A stretch of 64,000 bases of DNA from Bacillota bacterium (GTDB taxonomy: Bacteria > Bacillota > JAAYKD01): positions 2,496,001 to 2,560,000 of the forward strand of contig OY762825.2 in assembly GCA_963666425.2 (NCBI GenBank), written 5' to 3'. Under the pieces are notes generated by a model that saw nothing but the letters and a program-made list of their open reading frames with translations, had not been told where the DNA came from and did no database searches. Each line of letters opens with the position of its first letter. The stretch's first letter is position 1. This document shows, one piece after another, positions 20,553 through 30,914 of this stretch. The position numbers and the translations under genes were made by a program.

Positions 20553-21959
20553 ATGACTACGATCAATCCAGGCATCTTTCGGGAATACGACATACGCGGC
20601 ATTGCGGATACGGATCTTACTACCGAGGCGCTGCAGTTTTTGGCCAAAGGGTTAGCCGCTTATTTTCAAAGCAAAGAGATCCGGCATGTTCTGGTCGGCC
20701 GCGATTGCCGCACCCATTCTCCCCGTATTAGTCAGACCATGATCGAATTGTTTTTAGCCTTTGGTTTCGATGTGACAGACGTTGGTATGTGCACAAGCCC
20801 TTTGTTTTATTATGCGGGTAAAAAATTGGCGATCGATGGCGGTATCATGATCACGGCCAGCCATAACCCGCCGCAGGACAATGGCATGAAGGTTGCCTGT
20901 GGTCCATCGACGATTTACGGCGAGGAAATTCAAAAGGTTTGTCAGTTGGCCCAACAAGCCGAGGCGGGCAGCTTAGAGGAGATCGTTTCAGCGCAGCCCG
21001 GGCACTTAACCAGCGTTGATTTGGCAGCTGTCTATATCAATGAATTAACGCAGCGCATCCGTTTGGGTCAACGCAAGTTGCATGTGGTAGTGGACTGCGG
21101 CAACGGCAGCTCCGGTGCGGTCAGCCAGGCTTTTATGCAAAACTACAGCAATCTTAGTTTTACACCGCTCTTTTTTGAACCGGATGGTACTTTTCCCAAT
21201 CACGAACCGGATCCCACCAAAGCTAAGAATCTGCAATTTCTGCGGGAAAGAGTCTTGGCAGAGCAGGCGGATTTGGGTATCGCCTTTGACGGCGACGGAG
21301 ATCGTTTGGGCGTGGTGGATCAATTTGGCAATGTTCTCTATGGTGATACCTTAATGGCGATTTACTGGCGTGAGATTTTGGCGAAACATCCGGGAGCGCT
21401 GTGTTTGGTGGAAGTGAAATGCTCGCAAAGTCTGGTCGATGAAATCAATCGTCTGGGCGGTCAGCCTGAATTCTGCCGTACCGGACATTCGTTGATCAAA
21501 GCCAGAATGCGGGAAACCAAAGCATTGTTTACCGGTGAAATGTCGGGACATCTCTTCTTTGCTGATGAGTATTATGGTTTCGATGACGCGCTCTATGCCG
21601 CCGGCCGTCTGCTGCGCATCTTGAGCCACAGCGAAGCAACGTTGTCCGAAATGGTGGCCGTCATCCCGAAATATTACAGCACTGCTGAAACACGGATCGC
21701 TTGCGCGGATGATTTGAAATTCCGTTTGGTCGAGCAGCTGAAAGAGCGTTTGAGCCAGGAGTACCCTGTGATTACGGTCGATGGCGTCAGAGTGATTTTC
21801 CCGCAAGGTTGGGGATTGTTCCGTGCTTCCAATACGCAGCCGGCCATCGTCAGCCGCTGCGAAGCGCAGAGTGAAGCCGAGCTGGCAGCATACTTAGCAA
21901 TACTAAATGAAGTGTACCAAACGCTCTGTCCGGGAGAGAACATCGACTGGGTGTTTTAG
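20553..21959 (+). CDS. Phosphomannomutase/phosphoglucomutase
   Basis: IFREYDIRG, ITASHNP, FDGDGDR, GEMSGH, RASNTQP. Confidence 0.95.
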   Translation: MTTINPGIFREYDIRGIADTDLTTEALQFLAKGLAAYFQSKEIRHVLVGRDCRTHSPRISQTMIELFLAFGFDVTDVGMCTSPLFYYAGKKLAIDGGIMITASHNPPQDNGMKVACGPSTIYGEEIQKVCQLAQQAEAGSLEEIVSAQPGHLTSVDLAAVYINELTQRIRLGQRKLHVVVDCGNGSSGAVSQAFMQNYSNLSFTPLFFEPDGTFPNHEPDPTKAKNLQFLRERVLAEQADLGIAFDGDGDRLGVVDQFGNVLYGDTLMAIYWREILAKHPGALCLVEVKCSQSLVDEINRLGGQPEFCRTGHSLIKARMRETKALFTGEMSGHLFFADEYYGFDDALYAAGRLLRILSHSEATLSEMVAVIPKYYSTAETRIACADDLKFRLVEQLKERLSQEYPVITVDGVRVIFPQGWGLFRASNTQPAIVSRCEAQSEAELAAYLAILNEVYQTLCPGENIDWVF

Positions 21960-22006
21960 CCGGCAGAGTGTTTTCCGGAATAGCAGCGCAGGAGGGAATA
22001 GAAAGT

Positions 22007-24268
22007 ATGGCAATGGCACAGGAAAGAATGGCTGAAGCTTTGCAGTTGATGCCGGAAAAAGCAGAAGCTCTAATTACGAATGCTGTTTTCAAATCCTGGT
22101 TTGTCAGCGGAGAGCGTTTAGTCTATCTGCGGGAAGAATTCATCAAAGATCACAAGCAAGTCCGCTATGTTCTGCACAATCTGTCCGATGGAAAAGAACA
22201 GGAGCTGTTTGATCATCAGGCAATGGCAACAGCACTGGGGCAGCGCTTGGGCAAAGAGTTGGATATCGATCTGCTGCCGATCGTATTTGAGGAACTACAG
22301 GCGGATGATATACCCGTCTTTTCCCTGAGTCCGGGCGGCAAGTTTCAACTGCGTTTTGCTTTTGACGGCAAGAAAATCAGCGATTTAAGCAAAGAAGTAC
22401 CGGCCAACGCACGGATTTCCCCGGACCATCGCAAAGCTGTTTATGGTGTGGAAGGCAATTTATTTGTCATGGATCTACAAACCGGCATCAGCACTGCCCT
22501 CACCAAAGACGGTGAAGCGGAAGATGGCTACGGTATTCTTTGCGCCAATGCCAGCGGTGTGATCGCGGCGCAGCTGAAAGGGACAGCCACTCCTGTGGGG
22601 GCGTTCTGGACGCAGGACAGCCAGCAGATCTTCACCTACCGCATGAATCTGAAAAAAGTGGAGAAGTTCACGCTGGTGCAAAATGTTCCGGAGGGTGACA
22701 GGGCAGTTCGGCCTGTCGTTTATAACTATCATTATCCCTTACCCGGCGATGCTAATTTGCCGCTGGTGGAATATTATCTGGCGGATTTATCGATGAATCG
22801 TTTCCGTTCGCTGGGTTTGGGTCAAATCGCTTATTCCGGCACCATGCCGAGCGGTTTCGCAGACTCGTTGGAGGGAAATTATTCGGCCTTTGAAGTGAAA
22901 AACCGCAGCAATACACGCAGTCAGGTCTATCTGATCGAACACAGCAGCGGAGAAATCCGCCTGCTGTTTACGGAAACGGCGGACACCTTTCTTTTTGCCG
23001 AGCAATTGAAAATGCAGAGCATCGGACCGAACGCCACAGAATTCAGCAAAAGAAAATACTGTATCTCAGAGCAATTGCACTGTATGTTCTGGCTGAGCGA
23101 ACGCAACGGCAGTCTCGATTTATACCGTTACGAGCTCAGCGACGGGGCTTGCACGCAGTTGACCGATGGCTATTATGTCCGTCAGCTGTTGTATCTCGAT
23201 GCGGAACGACAATTGCTGTATTTCTCTGCCAGCAATCATGGTATGGGTAAGACGCCATATCAGAAATTCCCTTATTGTCTTGACCTTAGTACCGGCGAGC
23301 TGCGGATCCTGCTGCAGGAAGACGGCGACCACGAAACACAAATCTCTCTGGATGGCCGCTATCTGATCGACAGTGTTTCTGCCTTCTATCGAGCGACCGT
23401 GACGAAGCTTTATCGGATCGATGGCAGCTTGCTGCGCACGATCAGCAGCTGCGACTGCAGCCGGCTCCTGGCGGCCGGTTACAGTTACCCCATTGGCTTT
23501 ACAATAAAAGCTGCCGACCAACAGACGGAGATTCATGGTGTAATGATATTGCCGCCTGATTTGGATCGGAGCAAAAAGTACCCGGTTGTGGAATATTGTT
23601 ATGGCGGTAATCAGAAAATGCTGGCGCCGCAGACATTCAGCGAGACTATTTCCCGGCATGCAGGCTTCAGCCAAAGTTTAGCCAAGCTCGGTTTTATTTG
23701 CGTGATCACAGACGGCCACGGCACCCCGCTGCGCGGCAAACAATTCCATGATGCCTGCTACAATCAGATGGGAGACTGTGCCGGTATTGAGGATCACGCA
23801 GCGGCCCTCTATGCTCTGGCGGCAAAGTATCCCTTTTTTGACCTGAAGCGTGTGGGGATTTGGGGGCATTCCGGCGGCGGTTTTGCTGCCTTCCAGTTCA
23901 TGGTGAAGAAACCGGAACTCTATCGGGTTGGGGTTTCCTCCAGCGGAAATCATGCGCAGGAAATCTACAGTGCCAGTTGGTCGGAATTGTTTATGCAGGA
24001 GTTTGATCGCGATATATGGCGGGCGCAGAATGCGGAATTTCTGGCTGACCGTTTGGCCGGACATTTATTGCTGATTCACGGTGATTTAGACGATAATGTG
24101 CATCCGGCCAATACCATGCGCATCGTCAATGCCCTGATTCAGGCTGACAAGGATTTTGATTTGCTGATCATCCCGAATCGTCATCATGATTTACATGACC
24201 ACCCCTATTATCGCCGTCGGCTGCTGGAATACTTCATCAAGCATTTACAGCCTGAGCAGTCATCATAG
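22007..24268 (+). CDS. S9B dipeptidyl-peptidase IV-like protein
   Basis: Beta-propeller N-region, GIWGHSGGG nucleophile, HGDLDDNVH, C-terminal His; ggaggg RBS before 22007. Confidence 0.9.
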   Translation: MAMAQERMAEALQLMPEKAEALITNAVFKSWFVSGERLVYLREEFIKDHKQVRYVLHNLSDGKEQELFDHQAMATALGQRLGKELDIDLLPIVFEELQADDIPVFSLSPGGKFQLRFAFDGKKISDLSKEVPANARISPDHRKAVYGVEGNLFVMDLQTGISTALTKDGEAEDGYGILCANASGVIAAQLKGTATPVGAFWTQDSQQIFTYRMNLKKVEKFTLVQNVPEGDRAVRPVVYNYHYPLPGDANLPLVEYYLADLSMNRFRSLGLGQIAYSGTMPSGFADSLEGNYSAFEVKNRSNTRSQVYLIEHSSGEIRLLFTETADTFLFAEQLKMQSIGPNATEFSKRKYCISEQLHCMFWLSERNGSLDLYRYELSDGACTQLTDGYYVRQLLYLDAERQLLYFSASNHGMGKTPYQKFPYCLDLSTGELRILLQEDGDHETQISLDGRYLIDSVSAFYRATVTKLYRIDGSLLRTISSCDCSRLLAAGYSYPIGFTIKAADQQTEIHGVMILPPDLDRSKKYPVVEYCYGGNQKMLAPQTFSETISRHAGFSQSLAKLGFICVITDGHGTPLRGKQFHDACYNQMGDCAGIEDHAAALYALAAKYPFFDLKRVGIWGHSGGGFAAFQFMVKKPELYRVGVSSSGNHAQEIYSASWSELFMQEFDRDIWRAQNAEFLADRLAGHLLLIHGDLDDNVHPANTMRIVNALIQADKDFDLLIIPNRHHDLHDHPYYRRRLLEYFIKHLQPEQSS

Positions 24269-24286
24269 GAGGCTAACGTTAGAAAT

Positions 24287-24333
24287 AAAAAAAGAACGCT
24301 GGCGGATTACAACTTCGCACAGCGTTCTTTTTT
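24287..24333. terminator. Bidirectional terminator
   Basis: aaaaaaagaacgctg...cagcgttctttttt between convergent genes. Confidence 0.75.
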
Positions 24334-24362
24334 GACTTAATTTTAAGTGTACGGAACAGTAT

Positions 24363-25835
24363 TTATTCTCCGGTATAGGCTTCCAGATTCATCGAACCGG
24401 TATAAGTGTGGTTATTGCGCGAGATTTGGAAGTTGATTGGATCACCAACGTTGTAATCCTGCAGCAATTTGTTGATTTCGGCAACAGAATTAACCCGGGT
24501 GTCGTCGATAGAAACGATATAGTCACCCGCTTTAATTCCATTTTTTTCAGCATTGGAGCCTGTATCCACCCCTGCCACATAAACACCTGGATTGACATTG
24601 CCGTAAAAGATACCGTAATAGCTGCTGACGTCCTGCAAGGTCATATGCAGATCGATGCGGCCTTTGACATAGCCGAAGCTCATGAGATCGCTGAGTACTG
24701 CTTTTACATCATTAATTGGAATCGCAAAACCCAGGCCTTCCACACCGCTGCCGGTGGATTTGGCGTTGACAATGCCAATCAACTCACCGTAGGCGTTGAA
24801 TAAACCACCGCCGGAATTGCCCGGATTGATCGCCGCATTGGTTTGCAGCAGATTCATGGTTGCATTATCAAATTCCAATTCACGATCCAAAGCGCTGATG
24901 ATACCATCGGTGACCGTACCTCCCAACTGACCGAGTGGATTGCCAATGGCAACCGCCAATTCGCCGACCACCAATTGATCCGAATCACCTAAGACAGCGG
25001 GTGTGAGTCCGGTTGCATTGATCTTCAATAAAGCAATATCTGTTTTACTGTCGGTACCGATTAAGCTCGCTTCATAGGCTTCTCCGTTGCGCAGGGAAAC
25101 AGCTATGACGTTGGCTCCTTCGATGACATGATGATTGGTGATAATGTAACCGTCTTCAGAAACAATAACGCCGCTGCCGGCACCGGTTGTGACATATTGT
25201 ACGCTGCGCCAATTATTGACCGCTGCTTCCGTTTGAATTTCAACGACGGAATCCGCTGCGAGTGCTGTGATTTGGCTGACGCTCAAAGGCTGACTGAGGC
25301 CGTTTTCTTGGATATAATTTAGTTTGGTCAGTGCCGCATCACTGTTGTGATCTCGAGAAGATTCAAAGAGATTGATCGAAGAGGCACTGCTGTTCAGGCG
25401 TGAGAGGTAATACCCTCCTCCGAAGCTAAGAGCGCCGCTGATTAGCATACAAGCAGCGACCAGACCAAAAATCTGACGTTTCAATTTGCGGGATAATCCG
25501 TCGGCCGTGATATGCGGACTTTTCGGTAAATTCAAGTCAGTTGCCGGCGGCTTGCTTTCGTCATGATCTGCCGGTTCGGTCTGTGAAAAAGCAGCTGCCT
25601 CTGCTTGGTCTATGGTTTCTGTCGCGTTTTTTTGATCGTTGTCAATTGGTTTTCCGATCAGAATAAAATCAACCGCATGTTCCTGCACTGCGTCTTCCTG
25701 ATTCAGCGGCTGTGATAGTTCCTCTTTTGTCACGGGAGCATCGGATTCAGGCAAATCTTCTGCAGCGGTAGGAGCGGGTGTACTGTTCATTTCAGATTCT
25801 GTTGCTTTTTCCGGCATGTCGTATTGTTGTGCCAT
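24363..25835 (-). CDS. htrA: HtrA/DegP-like S1C serine protease with PDZ domain
   Basis: Acidic N-tail, TM, TNHHV, DIALLK, INPGNSGG, C-terminal PDZ. Confidence 0.92.
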   Translation of the reverse strand: MAQQYDMPEKATESEMNSTPAPTAAEDLPESDAPVTKEELSQPLNQEDAVQEHAVDFILIGKPIDNDQKNATETIDQAEAAAFSQTEPADHDESKPPATDLNLPKSPHITADGLSRKLKRQIFGLVAACMLISGALSFGGGYYLSRLNSSASSINLFESSRDHNSDAALTKLNYIQENGLSQPLSVSQITALAADSVVEIQTEAAVNNWRSVQYVTTGAGSGVIVSEDGYIITNHHVIEGANVIAVSLRNGEAYEASLIGTDSKTDIALLKINATGLTPAVLGDSDQLVVGELAVAIGNPLGQLGGTVTDGIISALDRELEFDNATMNLLQTNAAINPGNSGGGLFNAYGELIGIVNAKSTGSGVEGLGFAIPINDVKAVLSDLMSFGYVKGRIDLHMTLQDVSSYYGIFYGNVNPGVYVAGVDTGSNAEKNGIKAGDYIVSIDDTRVNSVAEINKLLQDYNVGDPINFQISRNNHTYTGSMNLEAYTGE

Positions 25836-25974
25836 TTTTTATACCTCCTTGATGGATTATGAATCAGATCAGCAGCAGTGAATCACTGCAGCATCTATAG
25901 TATAAGCCATGGAAGAGAAGAATGTATCATCAAATTGTGAAGTAAAAATGAAAAAAGCTTTACATGGTTCTTGC

Positions 25975-27843
25975 TTAAATGAAAGAGATATAACCTTCTT
26001 TGATTGGTTTGAAGCTTTCTTTGTAGAGAGAATCATAGATGACGGACATCTCTTTGTTCAACAGAAACAGTCTGCGGCCATTGGGGATATTCGGCAGACT
26101 GCTGAGTTCTTCTTTCAGGCGATAAACCTGGTTGATCTTGCCTTGATGGAAACCCTGACCGCAGTAATCCGGCAGGGTGCTGACATCACGATAAAGATAA
26201 GAGGCAACGTGACAGTATTCGATGCCGTTTTTCACCTCAAAGCAGGGTGAAAGCAGGTCGCGGCTGCCGTTTGCCGGTGTGTTGATAAAGCCTTTACCGA
26301 TCTCATCCGTAACCGGCAAAAAAGAGCCTTCAAAAACGCCGTAGATTTCACTGTCATCGCGGGCAGAAAGGGAGGCAATCAAAATACCGGGGTGATCCTT
26401 CAACTGAGCCACCTGTAAGCCGGTGGCGATATCCCGAATGACCAGATCATAGGGAGAGGCATCGATACAGATGTATTGCTTGCCGAGACGTTTCTCCCAG
26501 GCGGCAGAGATGGCCGGATAGTTGACTGCTTTTTGTGCCAGCGGAATCCGTCGGCCTTTCAGATTGGTGATCAGATAGACAGAATCCTTGCTTTCACTGA
26601 AGTAAAAAGTTTGTCCATCCGCTGCCTCAAAGACACTGCCGTTAAATTTAAGGTTTTTATAAATACCTTCGCTTTCGCCGCGGGTGGTGTCATGCGTGAT
26701 GTTGCAGGTCGTGCCGTAGAGATGCACCCGATAAATCGCACTCGGCAGCAGATAAAGACCGGCATAGTGCTCGATCATTTCCTGCGGAATCAGCTTCTGC
26801 TTCTGGTAAATATTGACGCCTTCTTCTAACAAGGCAGTGGCAAAGAGACGCAGGATGGTTTCGCTGACATCACATTTGCAGTCATGCGTAGCTGAAATCG
26901 CGAGGGCTGCATCAAATTTAGGAATCACCACGAATTGGGTATTAAATTGGAAGCTGTTGCCGCCTTTTTGCAGGACACCTTCACCTAAATCATATTCCGG
27001 ATCTTTCAGATTGACATTGTCCCAGCCCAAACCAAAACTCGTGCTGCGGTCGTCTTCCGTTAGGAAGCTGACGCCATGCGGTTTTGCCATTTCCTCTAGC
27101 GAACTCTGTAAGAACAGCTCCCCCGGATGCAAAATCATTTGACCCAGCTTGCAGAGATCCGGCATACTGGTCGTGATACCGGCGGCACCTTGAATTAAGA
27201 GCAATTCAGCGGGTTTGCTGCCCTCACTGACCAAGGTGTTTTCGCCGGTCAACTGTTCGGAAAATTTGGTCGTAGTGGCCGACAAGGGATGCATAATATA
27301 TTGTTCGCAAAAAGCGGAGAAGCGGATGCCGCTGACTTCAGCCACCACCAATTCTGCCATGGTGAAGCCGTCATTGCAATAAACCGCGTATTCACCGGGG
27401 TTAGCTTTCAGGTGATTATACGACAGATAATCGTAGACATCATCGTAGTAATTCGCATCGGTCGTATCGGTTACGGAGAAGCCTTTCCATTGTGTGCCGG
27501 GCAGTCCGCTGGTATGACTGAGGCAATGACGCAGCGTGATCAATCGATAACGTTCGTCCAGCATCTGAAAACGGGGAAGATACTTGACAATCGGTTCATC
27601 CAAAGACACTTTACCTTGTTCTACCAGTTTCATGACAGCAAGTGTACAGTAAATTTTCGATACGGAGGCCACATTATAGGTATCGTCAATCGTGGAAGGC
27701 TTTTTTCCCGTCCCGCCGCTGTTGCCGATTGCTCCGGCAGCCAGCAATTCACCATTTTTCAGCATGGCATAAGAAACAGAAGTGTATTTCTTAGCCAGAT
27801 TCATTTTTAGGATGCCGTTTAGTTTTTCGCTCAGATGGTTCAT
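25975..27843 (-). CDS. Serine hydrolase, beta-lactamase/PBP superfamily, with C-terminal extension
   Basis: ASVSK (SxxK), LSHTSGL, YCN (YxN), KGG. Confidence 0.85.
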   Translation of the reverse strand: MNHLSEKLNGILKMNLAKKYTSVSYAMLKNGELLAAGAIGNSGGTGKKPSTIDDTYNVASVSKIYCTLAVMKLVEQGKVSLDEPIVKYLPRFQMLDERYRLITLRHCLSHTSGLPGTQWKGFSVTDTTDANYYDDVYDYLSYNHLKANPGEYAVYCNDGFTMAELVVAEVSGIRFSAFCEQYIMHPLSATTTKFSEQLTGENTLVSEGSKPAELLLIQGAAGITTSMPDLCKLGQMILHPGELFLQSSLEEMAKPHGVSFLTEDDRSTSFGLGWDNVNLKDPEYDLGEGVLQKGGNSFQFNTQFVVIPKFDAALAISATHDCKCDVSETILRLFATALLEEGVNIYQKQKLIPQEMIEHYAGLYLLPSAIYRVHLYGTTCNITHDTTRGESEGIYKNLKFNGSVFEAADGQTFYFSESKDSVYLITNLKGRRIPLAQKAVNYPAISAAWEKRLGKQYICIDASPYDLVIRDIATGLQVAQLKDHPGILIASLSARDDSEIYGVFEGSFLPVTDEIGKGFINTPANGSRDLLSPCFEVKNGIEYCHVASYLYRDVSTLPDYCGQGFHQGKINQVYRLKEELSSLPNIPNGRRLFLLNKEMSVIYDSLYKESFKPIKEGYISFI

Positions 27844-27946
27844 GTCTCGTCACTCCTTTTTTTGTGTATTTGGTTGTTCTGATCCGATTTACCGGCACCA
27901 TAGACAGCCCAGCAGCTCGGAAAACAGAGAAAAACAGAATGTTGCT

Positions 27947-28759
27947 TTAGCTGAACAGGTTAATCAAGGTATATTTCATCAAAAGATAGCCGAGACTGGT
28001 ATGTTCATAGATTTCAACTCTGGGGAATAAATAAAGGCTGTCACTTTTCTTGCCAATTTTGTTTTCTGAAGTAAAGGTCACGGTATAATCGGCTGCTTTC
28101 AAAATCTGATCATTGAGAACATTATAAGCTCCATAGGGGTAGGCAAAAGCTTTTGGACGATAACCCATGTATTGATCAAAACGTTCATTCGTTTGATTAA
28201 TATCTTCGTTAACTCTGCTGCGGTAGGCTGTCTCGGTTTCCTTGGAGCGCTGCTCCATCGAAGCGGTGCCGTCTTCCAGTCGGTGGTGTAGGTTATAGGT
28301 ATGGGACTGAATGTCAATTACGCCCGAATCGGCCAAGGCTCTTGCTTCCGGCCAGGTTAATTTCCTGTCACTGCCCATTGCAGAGGCAATGATGAAAATT
28401 GTCGCTTTCATCCCGTATTGTTTGAGCAAAGGATAGCCATACGTATCATTATTCTTGTAGCCATCGTCAAAAGTAATCACAACCGGTTTTGGCGGCAGCG
28501 GTTGGTCCATATCTTTGGCAAAAATCGTGGTATAGCCATTTTTTTTCAAATAATCCAGGTCTTCTGCAAATTTTTTACTGGAAACATAAAGGGGATCGGA
28601 TTTCGCAATCGCGGGATCGTCGGTCAGACAGTGATAAGTCAGCACAGGAATTTCTTGGCTTTTTTCATTCATGATCAGGTTTCTGCTGAAAAGGCTGCCG
28701 GAAAGCAGCAGGATCACCAAAGGTAAGATAATCAGTTGGATTTTTTTCGGACGTTTCAT
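27947..28759 (-). CDS. Polysaccharide deacetylase (CE4, PgaB/IcaB-like); start uncertain
   Basis: N-terminal TM, PVLTYH, TFDDG, SHTYNLH, FAYPYG. Confidence 0.88.
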   Translation of the reverse strand: MKRPKKIQLIILPLVILLLSGSLFSRNLIMNEKSQEIPVLTYHCLTDDPAIAKSDPLYVSSKKFAEDLDYLKKNGYTTIFAKDMDQPLPPKPVVITFDDGYKNNDTYGYPLLKQYGMKATIFIIASAMGSDRKLTWPEARALADSGVIDIQSHTYNLHHRLEDGTASMEQRSKETETAYRSRVNEDINQTNERFDQYMGYRPKAFAYPYGAYNVLNDQILKAADYTVTFTSENKIGKKSDSLYLFPRVEIYEHTSLGYLLMKYTLINLFS

Positions 28760-28902
28760 ATAGCTGCGCTCTTTTCCAAGATTGATCGAATCATCTTGTT
28801 GAATTATAGATTCTTCTCTGATAGAAGTCAATTAAAAATAACAGGGGACACAGGCCGGCAAAGCAGGAAATCCATTCGAATTTGCATTGGGGCGCTGCCA
28901 CC

Positions 28903-30363
28903 TTACGGAACTGATTTCTTCATTGTTGATAATAGTCGATCCCAATGGACTTGCAGCTGATCTTCGGTTGCCGTCCAGCTGCCGCTGTTATCAATCACCA
29001 CATCACTCAGGGCTTTCTTCTTTTCCAGTGGCCATTGTGCATCCATGCGGGCGAGTGCTTCTCGTTCGGTTAAGTGATCCCTTTGCCGTAAACGCTGCAG
29101 CTGACTCTGATGATCGAGCCAAATCAACCATATAGTGTCGCAATATCGGGTCAGATTGGCTTCAAATAAGAGGGGAATATCGAGGACCAACGGCAGTTCG
29201 CTTTTACTTTGACGATACTGATTGATTTGCTGCTGCATTTCCGCTTCGATTTTAGGATGCAAAATGGCATTGAGCTGGGCAAGCTTTTTCGGATCCTGGA
29301 AGACAAGTTCAGCCAAACGACGGCGATTTAAAACACCCGGCGCCAAGAGTACGTCTGAACCAAATACCTTGCTAATCTCCGTCACAGCGGCAGATTGATC
29401 CGCCGTAATCCGGTGTGAGATGGCGTCCGTATCGACAATTTTAGCTCCTTTGGCAGCGAGCCACCGGATGACGCTGGATTTGCCGCTGGCAATGCCGCCG
29501 GTTAAACCGATAATCAAACCCAGTGAATCCTGCTTTGCCTGACAGTGCGGGCAGTAGTGGCTGCTGCGGCCGGCGACTTTACAGCGCTCAATCAGGCTGC
29601 CGCAGATTGGACAGGGTTTACCGGTTTGCTGGTAAACCAACCATTGATCCTGAAAACTGCCTTTGGTTCCATTCACATCCAAATAATCCCGCATGCTGCT
29701 GCCTTTGGCTTCTACCGCTTCCTGCAGGACTTCCGTAATTGCTGTCTGTAAGCGTTGGAGCTGACTGGGGTTGAGGGAGCCGGCTGCTTCGAGCGGATGG
29801 ATACCTGCCCGAAAAAGTGCTTCATCGGCATAGATGTTGCCTAAACCGGCAATTTGATGCTGATCCAGCAAGAAGCTTTTAATGGGAGTCCGGCGATTTT
29901 GACAAATTCGGTTCAAATAGGCAAGATTAAAATCAGATTCCAATGGTTCCGGGCCCAGTGCAAGGTATCCCGGATCCTCAGGTTCTGCCGGCCAATATCT
30001 GATTTTGCCAAAACGCCGCACATCAACATAGCGCAGGCAGCTGCCGTCTTCAAAATGCAGAATAACATGGGTATGCGGCAGCAAAGGAGTTGCTGCATTC
30101 CGCTCGGCCGACAACCAGTAGAGTTGTCCGGTCATGCGCAGATGGATCAGCAGGCAACCCTTCGGCTGCAGACAAAGCTGTAGGTATTTACCGCGCCGCT
30201 TCGCAGCGACGATGGAGTGATGCTGCAAACAGCAAGCAAAGGAGGCGGCGTCCAGCGGTGCGATTACCCCTTCATTGCGAACTTCGGTTTGGCAAATTGG
30301 TGCGGATGGTAAATAAGGCAGTAAACTGCGGCGCACATTTTCGACTTCGGGTAATTCTGGCAT
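28903..30363 (-). CDS. mutM-coaE: Fused MutM (Fpg DNA glycosylase)-CoaE (dephospho-CoA kinase)
   Basis: N-terminal PELPEVE, HLRMTG, GLGNIYADE and CPIC/CPHC zinc finger, in frame with IGLTGGIASGKS, DIPLLFE, VIDNSG. Confidence 0.92.
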   Translation of the reverse strand: MPELPEVENVRRSLLPYLPSAPICQTEVRNEGVIAPLDAASFACCLQHHSIVAAKRRGKYLQLCLQPKGCLLIHLRMTGQLYWLSAERNAATPLLPHTHVILHFEDGSCLRYVDVRRFGKIRYWPAEPEDPGYLALGPEPLESDFNLAYLNRICQNRRTPIKSFLLDQHQIAGLGNIYADEALFRAGIHPLEAAGSLNPSQLQRLQTAITEVLQEAVEAKGSSMRDYLDVNGTKGSFQDQWLVYQQTGKPCPICGSLIERCKVAGRSSHYCPHCQAKQDSLGLIIGLTGGIASGKSSVIRWLAAKGAKIVDTDAISHRITADQSAAVTEISKVFGSDVLLAPGVLNRRRLAELVFQDPKKLAQLNAILHPKIEAEMQQQINQYRQSKSELPLVLDIPLLFEANLTRYCDTIWLIWLDHQSQLQRLRQRDHLTEREALARMDAQWPLEKKKALSDVVIDNSGSWTATEDQLQVHWDRLLSTMKKSVP

Positions 30364-30626
30364 TCATCTCATCCTTTGTTACATTTTACTCTCTTTTTAT
30401 TTGCCATTGCAGAGAAGAAATCCTTTCTAATGAGCGGATTATAATGTTTTCTACGGAACGGAGAAATCTGTAGTGTTCAGGGCTTTCATCGCTTTTATTG
30501 TAAAAAATACTGAAGAATGATAGATTGAAATAAAGGAAATCTTCTTACTGTTCGAGAATTCATAAAGCGGTAAAAGAGAATTTGGGTATAAATAAGGAAC
30601 GTGCTTGAGAGCGGGAGGCGATCGTT

Positions 30627-30914
30627 TTGTTTAGTTATAAAAAGAAGAAGAGGGTTATGGTTGCGTACAAAGATAATTGTCCGGCCTGTCATTTATTTTC
30701 CCTGGAACAACGTTCTTGTATGGGACCGCATAGTGATAAAAAAGAATCGGAGTTAAAAATCTGTGACGATTATAAACTTGATTTGGAAACCTTTTCTTCC
30801 TTGATCCCGCGGGACTTAAAAATCACTCGTTGGGCTCGTGTCAAAGGCGGTTATCTGTTTGAAGGTCTGCCGAAAGAAACGCCAACGGAGAATAGCGAGG
30901 AACTCTGTGAATAA
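30627..30914 (+). CDS. Small Cys/His-rich hypothetical protein
   Basis: gggagg RBS 8 nt before TTG; CPACH..C..H..C; stop overlaps the nfo start. Confidence 0.6.
   Translation: MFSYKKKKRVMVAYKDNCPACHLFSLEQRSCMGPHSDKKESELKICDDYKLDLETFSSLIPRDLKITRWARVKGGYLFEGLPKETPTENSEELCE

Noticed and set aside
25975..27843. Beta-lactam resistance gene
   Set aside because: SxxK/YxN only define the superfamily; no signal peptide and a long C-terminal extension argue for another hydrolase
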